This document shows, in pieces, positions 45,052 through 58,000 of a stretch of DNA of 64,000 nucleotides; within the stretch, counting starts at the first letter, position 1; every line of letters starts with the position of its first letter. Made by a program: the position numbers and the translations under genes. Under the pieces are notes generated by a model that saw only the letters and a program-made list of their open reading frames with translations, was not told where the DNA came from and did not search any database. Source of the stretch: Zygnema circumcarinatum SAG 698-1b (Eukaryota > Plantae > Zygnematophyceae); assembly GCA_037447605.1 (NCBI GenBank), contig CM074813.1, positions 1,798,001-1,862,000 of the forward strand, in the 5' to 3' direction.

Positions 45052-45535
45052 CAGTCTAATCACGTTATAGTGACACTGTTTATAAGAACAGCATGGATAT
45101 ACTGACTTTTTTTCCGGGAACGGAATTGCACCACTGCAGATCCTGCGCCAGTAGTGACGCCATTACGGATATATTGACGTTGAAAAACCCTGATTGTTAC
45201 TATATATTCAAAATGTCGATATTATCCACCCACGTATTGGAATATGCGTTACAAATATATTACAACCGTACACATTATTGATTAATATCGTCATATATCG
45301 ACGTGACCGTACATATCAACTTGTCCGTACACATGTTCACTAGGGTTCGTACACACCTACCCACGTGACGACTACCCAAAAAGTACAACGTACGGTATCA
45401 AAGTCGTACGGATATACCGCAAAAACACATGTAATAACATTGTTACTGTAAATGTGAAATGACAAACGGGTCATTACCGATATAGTGACACAAATGTGTG
45501 GGGACCGACGCAGTCACTATAACGTGATTAGACTG
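45052..45535. mobile_element. Intact 484-bp Tc1/mariner-type MITE
   Basis: TA|CAGTCTAATCACGTTATAGTGAC ... GTCACTATAACGTGATTAGACTG|TA; perfect 23-bp TIR and TA TSD. Confidence 0.9.
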
Positions 45536-46303
45536 TAATCTGTCCAAGAAAGTAAAACCACCCACACTGTTGGTGGTTCCACGTGTCAAATAGATCCACC
45601 TCCCTCTCCACCCCCTGGGCTCTAATCGCAGCCGTCCATCACCGCCTCCCGATCGGCGATCGCCCCACCGTTTACCCACTTCCCAAACCCGTCGTTTACA
45701 TGATTGCCCGTTTAACCGCCGCTTTTACGGGACTTTTCCACTACTCAGATCACTTTTGGACACGTGGCATCGACGGCAGATCGCAACTCCCTGGCCGCCC
45801 ATCGCGACCTGGGCTCATCGCAGCCGTCAATCTTGCACGCGAAACTTTCGCACGTTCGTGTCTACGTGGGTACATGAAAATCGAGGAGTCAATTTTTGAC
45901 ATTTTCCACAAATATATCTACTTAAAACTAGTATATCGTTCCAGCTAATTTTTATCATAAATCAAAATATGAAAGTACTGCCTTCGACAAAACCCTCCCG
46001 AACCGCACTGTCCACACGGTGCAAACAGCGTTTTGAGGGGCGCCAGAATGAATGAATGCGCCCACCAGCCCGCCCGCCAGCTGTAACTACCGCGTCCTCT
46101 CCCTCGCCCGCACGCTCTGACTCTCGCCCTCGCTCCCTCTTGCACTCCCTCTCCCTCTCCCTCTCCCCCTCCCCCCTCCGTCTCCCTCTCCCCTCTGGTC
46201 TCCCTCTCCCTGTACGCCCGTCCTCTTCCCGGGAAAGGTCGGATCCGGTGATAAGAGGGGCGATCGTTAGCGCGGGGGTGGGTTAGGGTTAGGGCTAGGC
46301 GCC

Positions 46304-49300
46304 ATGGCGGGGCGGCGGGCGGCGCTGGTGCTGCTGCTGGCGGTGGTCGTGCTGTGCGCGGCGGGCGGCGTGGCGGGCGCGGGGCGGCGGCTGCTGAGTG
46401 AGTCCAACCGGCGGTACAACACGCGCGACGAGGTGCCGCTCTACGCCAACAAGGTCGGGCCATTCAAGAACCCAAGGTGAGCGCCGCAGCCCGGGGTGGG
46501 AGGGGGGAGAGAGGAGAGGAAGTGGAGAGAGAAGAGAGGGAGTGGAGAGAAGAGAGGGAGTGGGAGGGGAGGGGGCGGAAGAGAGGGAAGGATAGCGAGT
46601 GGGAGGGGAGGAGCGAGACAGATGGGAACGATAGGGAGGTTGGTTGGAGAGGAGAGAGAGGGCGAGGGAGAGGGAGAGTGGTGGAAGGGGAGATGCAATG
46701 GCGGGAGTTGGAGTGTGCATATCTCTTCAGTGGATGCCTTACCTTCCAGCAAGTGCGAGGGCGCGCCTCCAAATGCTGCTCTGAGGGCACCTCCACTTAT
46801 GCAAGCATCTACTCTCGGTGTGAGGAGTTACTGATTTCATGCTGCTGTTTCTGTGTGCCGTTTCGTTTCCGTGCCCTGCTACAGCGAGACTTATCAGTAC
46901 TACGACCTGCCGTTCTGCAAGCCCGAGGACCTGAAGCACAAACCGGAGGACCTCGGGGAGGTCATAGAAGGCGACCGCATGGTGAACACTCCCTATGACG
47001 TGCGCTTCCAAGTGAACAAGACAAGGGAGAAGCTCTGTTCCAAGAAGCTCTCTGTGGAGGATGTGCGCAAGTTCCGGAAGGCGGTGCAGGAGGACTACTA
47101 CTTCCAGGTGGGAGAGAACGTGCAGAAATAGGGCCGTTCCCAGGAAATCCAACAGATATTTTCTAGGCATGCAATGCGATCTGGAAGCCTGTACCCTGTT
47201 CTGCAGATAACAATGTAGGTAGCCATCTGTCGCCGATCATGTCTCGCTTAATAGAACCGCCACTTTCTGACGCTGACGCATGAGATGCGTGATGTGTGTG
47301 GGATATGGGGAGAGTGCAGATGTACTATGATGATCTGCCAATTTGGGGCTACATTGGGACTCGGGATGGGAGGAACGATGACGTTCGGTACCTTCTTTTC
47401 ACTCACATCCGATTTGTCGTGAAGTACAACAAGGACCGCGTGATTGAGATCATGGCGATGGTGGTGCGCTCGGAGACTGTGGACATCACAGAGGACCGCT
47501 CCGTAGAGGTCGAATTTTCATTTTCTACGGTGTGGACAGCCGATACGACGCCGTATGAACGGAGGAGGGAGAAATATGAACGGATTTCTATACAGCCGAA
47601 GCATCTGGAGATTCACTGGTTTTCTATCATCAATTCCTGCGTCACAGTGCTGCTGCTGACCGGATTTCTGGCCACCATTCTCATGCGCGTGCTGAAAAAT
47701 GACTTTATCAAGTGAGTGAAGGATGGCATTTCTTCTTTCATTTGGAATGCTGCGCACTCTTCATGATTTAGGTTTTTTTATGGGATATTGTGCGGAAAGT
47801 TAGGGTTTTGGAAGGGGAGTCTTCTGCTGTTAGGCAAACGTTCAGTAATTTGTCTTATTTGGCCCTAACTTGATTGTTTGCTCATCAGCAGAACACTGGC
47901 TCTCCCACAATGCCAAAGAAGGGAGTTTTTGACTTACTGTCCCTATCGCGTATTTGACTAAAGCTGCATCTCTTCAGCATGCTCTATTTTTTAAAAAACT
48001 TTGTAAGGCTAGAAATCTACTTCATACCTAGATTTTTTCATCTTTTTTTCATCGTGCTTTCCAGGTACACTCGTGAAGATGAGAGTGCGGAGGAGCAGGA
48101 GGAGACAGGATGGAAATATATTCACGGAGATGTTTTCCGTTACCCTCCTTATCCCATGTAAGCTAGCAGAGTTTTCCAGAGACAAACTGAGCTTTCAGAA
48201 ATGTTTGGAATCCGGAAGGGTGTTAGACGTTGTTCAACTTCAGAGGAAGACAATGAAAACCACAGAAAGAAAGGAAGAGAGAGGTGTGGGGAAACGGGGT
48301 CCACATGGAAATGGAGCGAGAATAAGAGAGGTGGGGAAATGAAACAGGCGTTCCTTCGGAGCACGTGCTAAACTGAGTGCTGATTACTGAAACTGAGATC
48401 CCATGTGGCAGCTGGTTCTGTGCGATCATCGGAGCCGGCACCCAACTTTTGGTTCTCGTTTTGCTCGTCTTTGGGCTCTCCCTTTTGGGGCTGTTTTACC
48501 ACTACAACCGTGGCAACATTTACAGCGCGTGCATCATTCTTTATGCGCTCACAGCAGGAATTTCAGGATATGTCTCTTCTCATCTCTACCGCCAGATGGG
48601 AGGAGAGAACTGGGTGAGTCGAGCCCTTCAGTTTAGGATTACTTCTTTCCGCCCTTTTTCTTGGGTTTTAGAAGTGATCGTGTGGGATTCCCTTAGCAAG
48701 GGAAGTGTACGGTTTTAGGGTTTCGGAGACCTAGAACACACTTCCAAGCGAATTAAGTGTGCCTGTACCTTTCTTCTGTCGCCGAGCCCTAACAAGTGGA
48801 TGTGATTTTTCTCCTGTCGTGCAGGTCCGCAATGTGGTCCTGACGGCTTTGATTTTCTGCGGCCCCTTCTCCGCTGTGTTCGCATACAACAACACTGTGG
48901 CTATCTCGTACGGCTCCACCATGGCGCTGCCCTTCAACACCATCGTCATCATCATCCTCGTCTGGCTCGTCTCGCTCATGCTCACGGTCAGTTCCACAGA
49001 GAATGAAATGCGGGCATGGAACGGAGAGGAGAAGGGATCTGGTAGGGGGAGAACAGGGGGAGAGGGGGAGAGGGGGGGGGGGGGGGTGAGCGGTCGCAAG
49101 TAGGGTGAGAGATGAAGAAAAAAGTAAGGGAAAAGGGCAGAGTGGGATATGCCATTCCCCGTTCCATTCCCATTCCCCACTTCCTCCGTGGTGGAGGAAG
49201 CGGGGAGGTGCTGAGCGAAAGGGAGTGAAGAAAGCTGGCGAAGGCGAGAGAGGAATGGAGAGGAGTATACGGAGAAGTGAGAGATGAAGGAAAGCTAGGA

Positions 49301-51041
49301 AGGAGGGAGAGGGGGAAGTGTGTCGAGCTATAAACCGAATGAAGAGAGAAAGAGGGGAGGGGGAAATAATGCCAAGGAGAAGGTTAGGCCGAAAGGATAT
49401 GTGTGAGAACGATAGTATCCACATGGAACTAGGGTGCTTTTTCTGCAAGGGAGGAGGTGGCTTTGTAAAGGCAAAACGGTTTCTATTTTGATATGGGGGA
49501 GGGAGTGTGTGTGTCGGAGTTTCTGGCCTATATCATATTCTCGAATTCAATCTTTAAGAGAAAATTAAGGGTAAAGGGGAAATGGGTGTACAGATTCTTG
49601 GAGCCATTGCCGGAAAGAAGAACAAGACGGATTTCTATGCTCCATGCAGGACAAATAAGTACCCGCGTGAAATTCCTGCTCTTCCGTGGTACCGCAGGGC
49701 TATCCCTCAGGTAGGGTTTTGTGAAACTTGTACCTTTTCTTTGATTAAGGTGGAAAAGGAAGGGAGAGGAAATCGGAGGGCTGCAATTCAAGCGTGCATT
49801 GCTGAAAATTAGGATACTGATACATAAACCTTCAGCGCATGCTGAAGGTTTATGTTCCTGTCCAGTGCTAGATGTTGTGCCTCGTGCGCTTTTGAGATGA
49901 TTCTGTTGATTTTTCCCTTCCTTTTGTCCGGGCAGATGTTCATGGCAGGATTCCTCCCTTTCAGTGCCATCTACATTGAGCTGTACTACATCTTTGCGAG
50001 CGTATGGGGTCATAAAATCTACACCATTTACAGCATCCTCTTCATTGTCTTCATCATCCTGATCATTGTGACGGCATTCATCACCATTGCGCTCACATAC
50101 TTCCAATTGGCGATCGAGGATCACGAGTGGTGGTGGAGGTACAAACTACTTTCCTAGCAACTCTGAAAACCTCAGAACTTCAAATCTCCGAAATACTTTG
50201 TATAAACGAAACCCATAGCCTTCTGAAGGCCAATATCAGGGTCTGGTGACTTTCACACATCCTTGAAGCTCCTCCCACCCTTACAGTTTCTGATTGCATA
50301 TCCTACACTGAGGGGTCTTGGTGAGGTCTTTTGTAGAGGTACTTTTTAGCCTCCTGATTTTTAGCTTCTCAATGTTTGTGTCTACTTCGAATTTTAGGGT
50401 TTTCAATTGTTTTTCATTTGACTTTGCCAAACACCCCAACAAGCTGTCTTGTTTAAATTTTAGTTTTTTATTTATTGAATGAGTCTTCAGAGTCATGGGG
50501 ACTTGAAATTTCCACTGCGGACAATCAACTTACTGTTATTCTAGGTTAAACTTCTTCCAACTTCCTATTATCTTAGGTGAAACTACATTCAACTTACTAT
50601 CATTTTTTGCCAAAATTTCTTCCAACATACTAGAAATTTAGGTTAAACTTTTTCCAGCTTAGTATCCACCAGGGTTAACTTCTTTTTAAACTTACGATTA
50701 TTTTAGGTCAAAGCGTCTTCCAATACGCTATCATTAAGGTTAAGCCAGTTTCCAACTTCCTATCATTTTAGGTCAAAGCCTCTTGTACTGAATCGGAACG
50801 GAATGGGATGTGACTGGGCAGGTCGGTCCTATGCGGCGGGTCCACGGGGCTGTTCATCTACGGGTACTGCCTGTACTACTATTGGGCGCGCTCCGACATG
50901 ACGGGCTTCATGCAGACGTCCTTCTTCTTCGGATACATGGCCTGCATCTGCTACGGCTTCTTCCTCATGCTCGGCTCCGTGGGCTACCGCGCCTCGCTGC
51001 TCTTTGTGCGCCACATATACCGCGCGATCAAGTGCGAGTAG
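46304..51041 (+). CDS. Transmembrane 9 superfamily (nonaspanin) protein, TM9SF1/Arabidopsis TMN2-5 type, 9 exons
   Basis: Exons 46304-46476, 46885-47107, 47320-47711, 48065-48157, 48412-48613, 48825-48986, 49594-49710, 49936-50138 and 50822-51041. Motifs: signal peptide, [68 protein letters not shown], and C-terminal IKCE (KxD/E Golgi-retention motif). Confidence 0.96.
50526..50783 (+). repeat. Degenerate 32-bp minisatellite, 8 units, in TM9SF intron 8
   Basis: Consensus approximately CAACTT(A/C)CTATCATTTTAGGTTAAACTTCTTC; unit lengths 32-34 bp, with no spacers. Confidence 0.8.
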
Positions 51042-53019
51042 GGGAGGGGAGAAGAGTGAAGGAAAGGGAAGGAGGTAGGGATGAGGACGGAGGGCGAGGA
51101 CCGGGGGAGAGGAGGGATAAGGGAGAGGGGGAGGTGATTGCGGAGAGGAGTGAGAGGGGGAGGGAGAGAGGAGAGGAAAGAGGGGAAAGCTGGGGGAAGG
51201 GAAAATGGAGGTGGAGATGGAAATGAGTTTGGAGGAGCCGTCCAAACTTTGGGAATGGCTGAAGGAGACATTGGCTCATAGGCGGAACTCTAGGAAGGTA
51301 TCGCTGCGATGAAAATATGAGGAAATTTCAGCGTCGTTTAATATCTGAAAACATTAAAAAGGCAAAAGTGTGAGTTTCAGTAGGAGAAGATTTTGGGTTT
51401 GAACTGGCTGGATGTTGGGGAGCGGGGGTGGTGTACTGTACGGATGAAGGGCGGGGAGCCCCTTGATGTCTGAGAGAGTGAGAGGCAGAGGGCGAGAAGG
51501 AGAGAGAGAGAAGAGAGGACATAGGCTATGTACGTAGGAAGAGGGCATCGGGCACTCACAAAGAGCATACCTCAAACACAGGACAGCAGGCAAAGGACCG
51601 AGCTTATGTATTTATTGCTGCAGTTCCGTTTTCTAACACTTCAAATCACATGTGGCCTCAACAATGCTGTCCAAAGGGCAGTTCCGTGTGAAGCTGGCTC
51701 GGTCTATCCGTAGATTTGAGACATGGTGAGGGGATGTGCTCGGGAAGACATTTGCAGTGTGGGCTGTGGCGGGGAAAGTTGGCTCAACAAAAAGTTGGCT
51801 CAACGAAAGTGTCTGTTGGTGGCGACTTTTGGCTTCCTTTAGAGGCGCGCACTGAAATAGATTGTGAGAGGAATGACGTTGCACCATACACAAAAGCCAC
51901 CCCTCTTACTATCGTCATTGCTGTACATTCTAACCTGCACTGTAGTTAGCCCTAGACAGCGTCTGATTACAAACAACATCTGATGCACTCAAAACCCTAA
52001 CCCTGCCACCACTAACACCTTTGAAGTCGGCAACAATGAGGGTCGCGAGACATGGTCACGTGTCAGCAGGACGAGGATAGAGATGACTCTCACCGCGCCA
52101 GTACATCTATCCTCCCACCCACATTGCCATTTCTTCACTCATAATCAAAGCCATTACCTTGTGTGACCTATTGCTGATAAGGTTCCCAAATGGGATAAAA
52201 AACGCACCAAAAAGAAAATAAACTTTTTAGGGTTGCAGGGTCAAGTTGATATCGATTCCCTGCTACAAAAACGCGGTCAGTTCTAAAGTTTGAAAGCGCT
52301 TTTGCTGAATCTCACAAGCACTTTCATGACCTCAGATCTTGTTTAAGTCAACAGCTATCATCACAGGCTTTCTACTCTCCTCACTAAAGCCAATGAGAAG
52401 AGCAGAGAAATGGACTTTATAGTGATTCATGACTGACGACAGTCTCGCAGTCACATGCTGAAGTATGCCACAAAGAACGTGCAGAATATGTGACACCTGT
52501 AAAGACAAATTACACTGTAATATCTTACCCGAAGTTACTCCTCCGGCGGCCCAAATATCCCGAGCCCATGAAGGCTGTCAACACATGATCCCTAACCGAT
52601 ACAGGATCCGGCCAACCTAACACTGCTAGTGCTCGGCTAATCGGAGCATGCAAGAATCCAATCATCCAAAACACAACGAGATGCCAAGTTGAGAAGAGCA
52701 AACAGAAAACGAGTGCACAGACGAAGAACACATAGAGCAAAACTCTTGAAACATCTGCAATTACAAAGTTACTGCTTGCAAGAACAGTTTTCTCTTGCAA
52801 CATTCATACAGGTTTACTGCCCACTTGATGTGAATATCATACTGTGCAAGCGCTCCAGGGACTACTTCCGGGTTGCTACAGCTACGTAGCAAAGACTGCG
52901 GACATTTCTGCCTGGCAATGTGCCCTTCTGCTGTAAGAAGACGCCGTGTGCTGCGGAAAAAAATCATCACCATGAACATTATCACCTCGCATAGAGAAAG
53001 GAGAAGTTGCCTCTGAGCT

Positions 53020-53951
53020 TTACTTTGCTTGCGGATGAGAGGCGATATAGTTAATAACATCTGCCGTTGTGAAGATCTTATCAGCCTCGCTATCTGGAAT
53101 TTCCAGCGCAAATTCCTCCTCAAAAGCCATCATTACCTCCACGGTATCTAAACTGTCCAGTCCCAAATCCGTTTGAAAATGCGATTTCTCCGTCACCTGC
53201 ATTGCAGGCAACAAGACTACCCTTTCTCAGCAGGCAGTGTGGCTTTTTCCCATTTCCTCGTGCAGGTAAATCCGTTCTGCCCTAACAGCGTTGAATGCTC
53301 ATCATCGAGGTTCAGATACGTCCTACAAAGTGGCTCTTCAGGCATTATGCACTGCAAAGAATAGCTGAAAGAATTTGAACTACGTGCAGGAAAAGGCCAA
53401 AACTTTTATGCACAATATCAACGATCTGAACCCCACCTAGGAAGGTGGGGAAGGAAAAAAATCTCCAACAAGCTAATGCAGCAGTTTCAAAGCCGAAATA
53501 AGTATTAACAACGAGAGACAGGGAGGAAGAAAGTGAGGCAAAGCAAGATAATCTAGCTGCTAAAGAAACGGAAACCGACAGCTCAGGAGCGGCAGCATCA
53601 CAGCGGGAGGAAACATCAGCAATACTAGCAAAACACAGCAGAAATAACAATATCAGTAGGACCTAAACCTGCGCCATCACCAGTCTCACTATTAGCACAG
53701 CGGCATCTTTGATATCTCACCTTCGCGGGATCCACTTTCTCGAATCCCTTCACGATGTTCAGCACACGCTCCTTCACCTCGTCCTTATCTAAGTACGTCC
53801 CTGCAGCTTCGGCGAACGAGCGCGACCTCCCGCCATAGATTTGGAAGAGCGAGGTCTGCGGGAGCAGTGCAGGCTGCAGCCGAACGCGGCTCAGCACAGC
53901 CGACCTCACGCAGGCGGCCAGGGGCCCCAACAGCCTCTCCGAGTAGCGCAT
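53020..53951 (-). CDS. Mitochondrial acyl carrier protein (NDUFAB1/mtACP), 2 exons
   Basis: Exons 53951-53721 and 53196-53020. An Arg-rich presequence is followed by [25 protein letters not shown]|[41 protein letters not shown]...HPQAK, including the DSL phosphopantetheine site. Confidence 0.95.
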
Positions 53952-55068
53952 GGCGGCCCTCCTTCTGCTGCTGCCAAAGCGACGGAGAGGGAAGACAGAG
54001 GGAGAGCGACACAGAGCGAGAGAGAAGGAGAGCGTAGGGCAGAGGACAAGCAGGGAGGCAGAGCAAACCCTAAGGGCCTCTTGGCGTTTCGAAACTAATA
54101 CTCCAATGGGGATTCGCCAAGTGGACAAAACCGTACACGTGGCGACTGGCCATTGGGAGGGTACACAATGGGCGGCGACGCAACGAGTGCCAAATTGGAC
54201 GAGCGCCAAGTTTGAGATTTCTCGAGCGAGTGCCGCCATGTATCGGGATTTGGGGCAGACGGGGTGTTGGGGGCGCTAGACGCGGAGTTGGGCTCATGGC
54301 ATCACTCCTTCCTTTCGCGGGGTTCTTTGTGAAGGGCGGTTTCTCGTGGTTCCCCATGTTGTTGTTTCCGCCCATGTGCATTTGATGGCAATCGCCATGG
54401 TGAGACCATTGGCAATGTTCATTCCCTCACTGGGTTGTAATATGCAGTATTTTTTCAATCTGAAAATATCACAATATTGAACCGCCACAAAATTGAAAAT
54501 TGCGAACGCCGTTGCGGAGAACGAGAGTGCAAACTTGGGAGCTGCATTTTTTGCGAACTCAGGAAGTTTCGGGCCGAGTGTCCAACCGCGAGGATGGAGA
54601 TGGCTTCACCTGCCGCAGTCACACCGTCATTCAGTCGTTGCCCAGAGCCCCCCCCCCCCTGCCCTTCGGGCTGACACTCACGTCCTCGTCCTCGCGCGGC
54701 TGCTCTTGAAATGGCGCCTTGTACGCTCTCACTTGACGGGTGACCGAACGGGGCAGAAAGGCAAAACATTGTCGAGGCCTAAAACCGAGGCAAAAAATCG
54801 CAGTGCTTCGCTAGCCACCAGCGTCTGAATTGGTTGCCGTGAGTTTGCGATTGTCTGCTGACACAAACTGCAAACACTCGCAGCAGCTCATGGAGACGCG
54901 TCCTTTCACACTCGTTCTCAGGGTTCCAGGAAAGAGCGCGGAAGTCCAGTCATTACGTAAACAACCCACACATCCCACACGGAAGGTCCTCCAATCCTAC
55001 ATGGAACAGTTCCACATGCAACAGTTCCACATGGAACGGAACACACCAACAGCGGTCCATGCCCCCCC

Positions 55069-58000
55069 TCACGTTCCGGCCTCGCCTTCGCTTGGCGGCG
55101 CCGACCCGGAGCTCTGCACCGCAGAGACCCCCTCCCCGCAGCTCTTCGTCAACAGGAGGGGAAGAAAAAATGCACAGTCAAGATTTCTAGTTTCCGTATC
55201 TCCACCCCAGGGTTTTTCTAGTTTTCTAGTTCCTCGGACTTCGAATATTTTGTGAACATTGTATAAGCTTGTAGAATAACGTTTGCTCTTAAGGGAGAGG
55301 CGGCATACACTCCTATCAAACAAATGAACAGAATTATTAGGAATTTTTAGGATAAAAGTTGTCAGGATAAACGTTTCCGCAAATTTTCTATCTGAGCTTG
55401 AAACCACAGCCCTACAACTCTGCCTCAGAAAAGCCTATCATACCAGTTTTCAGAACCTTCAAACCTGGAAAGCTTAAGAAACAAGCAAGTTCTAGAGCAG
55501 CTTTAGAACATTACCTGCTCTTTTCGAGCCAAATTCTGTTTACGTTCAGACTGCAAAGATCGGCAAAGACTTTCCAGACGCTCCTTTTTCGTTTGAAGAG
55601 TTTCCAACTGCTTTTTTTGCGCGTTTCTCTGCTCAAGAACTCCAAAAAATTACATCAGATCAATAACGCTCACAGAAATTCTGTAAATCCAAATGTAATA
55701 TTCAGCTGATTGCTCAGATCCCATGGGTGTCCCACTCCATGCTTGCCATCTTTGAAACTCGGAAGTTTTCCCCTGCCCGCAAAGAACGGACAGGGGAGCA
55801 AAAATTTCACCTCCTCGACAAGTTCGATAAGCGACACGTCGGACTGTTCGCATCGCGTCCTCAGCGCTCCGTTCTCCCTCTCCAATTTTTTTATCGTTCG
55901 AGACATCTGCCCCTCCGCCACTTCAGTCAAACCTTTTTGTTCCTAAAGTTTTCGAATTTGCTCCCCTCCTCACTCTCTTACCTTCACCTCTTCTCCCCTT
56001 CAAGCTCCCTCTCTCTCGCTCTTCCCCCCCCCTCCTTTTGGCCTCCCTTTTCCTCTCCCAACCTTCTCAATCTTGCCTATCCACTCCATCATTACTCACT
56101 TTTTCCATTTCTTGTTTAAAGCGCGCGAAAACCTCATTACTCCTTGTTAATGTCTCCTGCACAACCAAAACCAAGTGAACGACCGACTTTCAGCACTTGG
56201 TATCGATAAAATCTGATTCGACCACTGAAAAATTTACACACCAATGCCCTGAAAATAGCGACAAAGTCGCGTCGTTAAGTGCGAGCTGATGTCACGACTC
56301 ACAACAGAAAGAACAGCAATTAGTTTAGGGCTAGAACTGCAAATAGAGTTGGAATTCAGATGGCGGAAAAGGGAACCGATGACCTGAAACTGCTCAAATT
56401 TGTCTCCGTAGAGTGCCAGTTGAGCACGCAGTTCCGCTTCCGTTTTCAGCAACTGAGCAATCTGTTCCGCATACAACCGACTCTGTGTACATTCCCTTGC
56501 ACCCGAGCCTCCCCGCCAGCACATACCTCAATTCAATTCCAAGGACGTCCCAATTTCTAGCACCACATTAGCGAGAAACTTGCTACAAAATCAAGGTTTT
56601 ATGTTAAACAACTATGCACCTTTCCTTCCTCCTGTCCTGCCAGCTCCTGCTGCTGCTTTAGCCTCGCCTCCACAAGCTGTTTCTCCAAAATCCGCGTTCG
56701 AAGCTTCCCAAATTCCCAAAACATTCAAAGGTGAAGGAGGCGGAAACTCCAGGTTTGTAGTTCCCATTAACTTCCAAAGGTTCGAACAAAGGGAGTACCC
56801 TAGGTAAAAGCTGACTGGAGACATTCCAAAGGATCATCCTAATAGTCCCTATTTGGAAAAGAACAAATAGTAAGGAGCTTGAAGGAATTAATTCTTACTT
56901 GGTGTGCAAAATGCTGCTCTCGAATGTCATACTGCTGAGTCAAATGCTTGAGCTTCTCCCTCAGTCTGCACAATGCAGCAGTTCCTGAGCAATGTTTCAA
57001 TTCCCAACAGTCCCTATCATACTGGCAGTGTCATTGTGGAATTGAGAGCCGGCTGCGGATATTTCCGGATGGAATTGAAAGTATGTAGCGGAATTGACGG
57101 AAGGGAGGGAGGGAGGGAGCACTCGGCCTCACGTCTCGTTCTCCTTCATTTGGCGGAGCCGTTCGGCCCCCTGCTCCTCCAGCTTGCTGCTGATGTCCTG
57201 TAAAGGCGCCAACTGTCAGCTGCCACCACAGACGAAGGGGGGAGAGTGACGGGGGAGGGGGAGGGGGAGGGGGAGGGGGAGGGGAATGCGAAGAGGGAGA
57301 GGGAGATGTGAGCAAGGGAGAGCGAGAGCAAGAGCGAGATCGCGAGAGAGGGCATGGTAGAGAGCAACAATAAATAGAGGAAGTAATGGGGGGATAGGGA
57401 AGAGAGAGTGAAAGAAAGAGGGGGAAGTGGGGAGAGAAAGAGGAGGCAGAAGAGGAAAGTGGAAAGGGGGAGCATGGAAGGAGAGGGGAGCACGAAAGAG
57501 AGGTGGGAAAGGGGAAAGATGGAGGACAAGAGAAAAATAAACGGGAAGAGCACGCAAATGCATGTCGGTTTGAAGCCTACCTTGATGGTAGTATGGAACT
57601 TGTTGGAGAGCTCCTGGCGTTTTTCCTGCTCTTCTGTGGCACTCTTTTTGCTCTCTTCCTGTATTTTGACCATCCCCCGTTAACCCCTAACCCGTCACTT
57701 CATGAACGCCTGCCATCCTCCATAAGAAGCTTGACTCCAAGAATAGCTGTACACATACTGTCAATATTATACAGAACTGAATGTGGGTGGTATGCGTGCT
57801 GTGATACAAACCAGAATAAGCTTATTTTGGCGTTGCAGCTCCCGGCAAAGGGACTCAAGCTTCTTGCAAACAGCAGCTCCACGAGTCATTTCCGAGTAGA
57901 CTGCACAGTTGAAGTTATACTGTCAAAACATTTGCTGCACGAAATCACGAGCGAGGACTTTGAGCATAGTTACGAGCACTCAGGCGAAGGTGCAAAGGAA

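Noticed and set aside
50526-50783. CRISPR-like 32-bp periodicity
   Set aside because: No unique spacers, units are degenerate and contiguous, no cas genes, eukaryotic intron.
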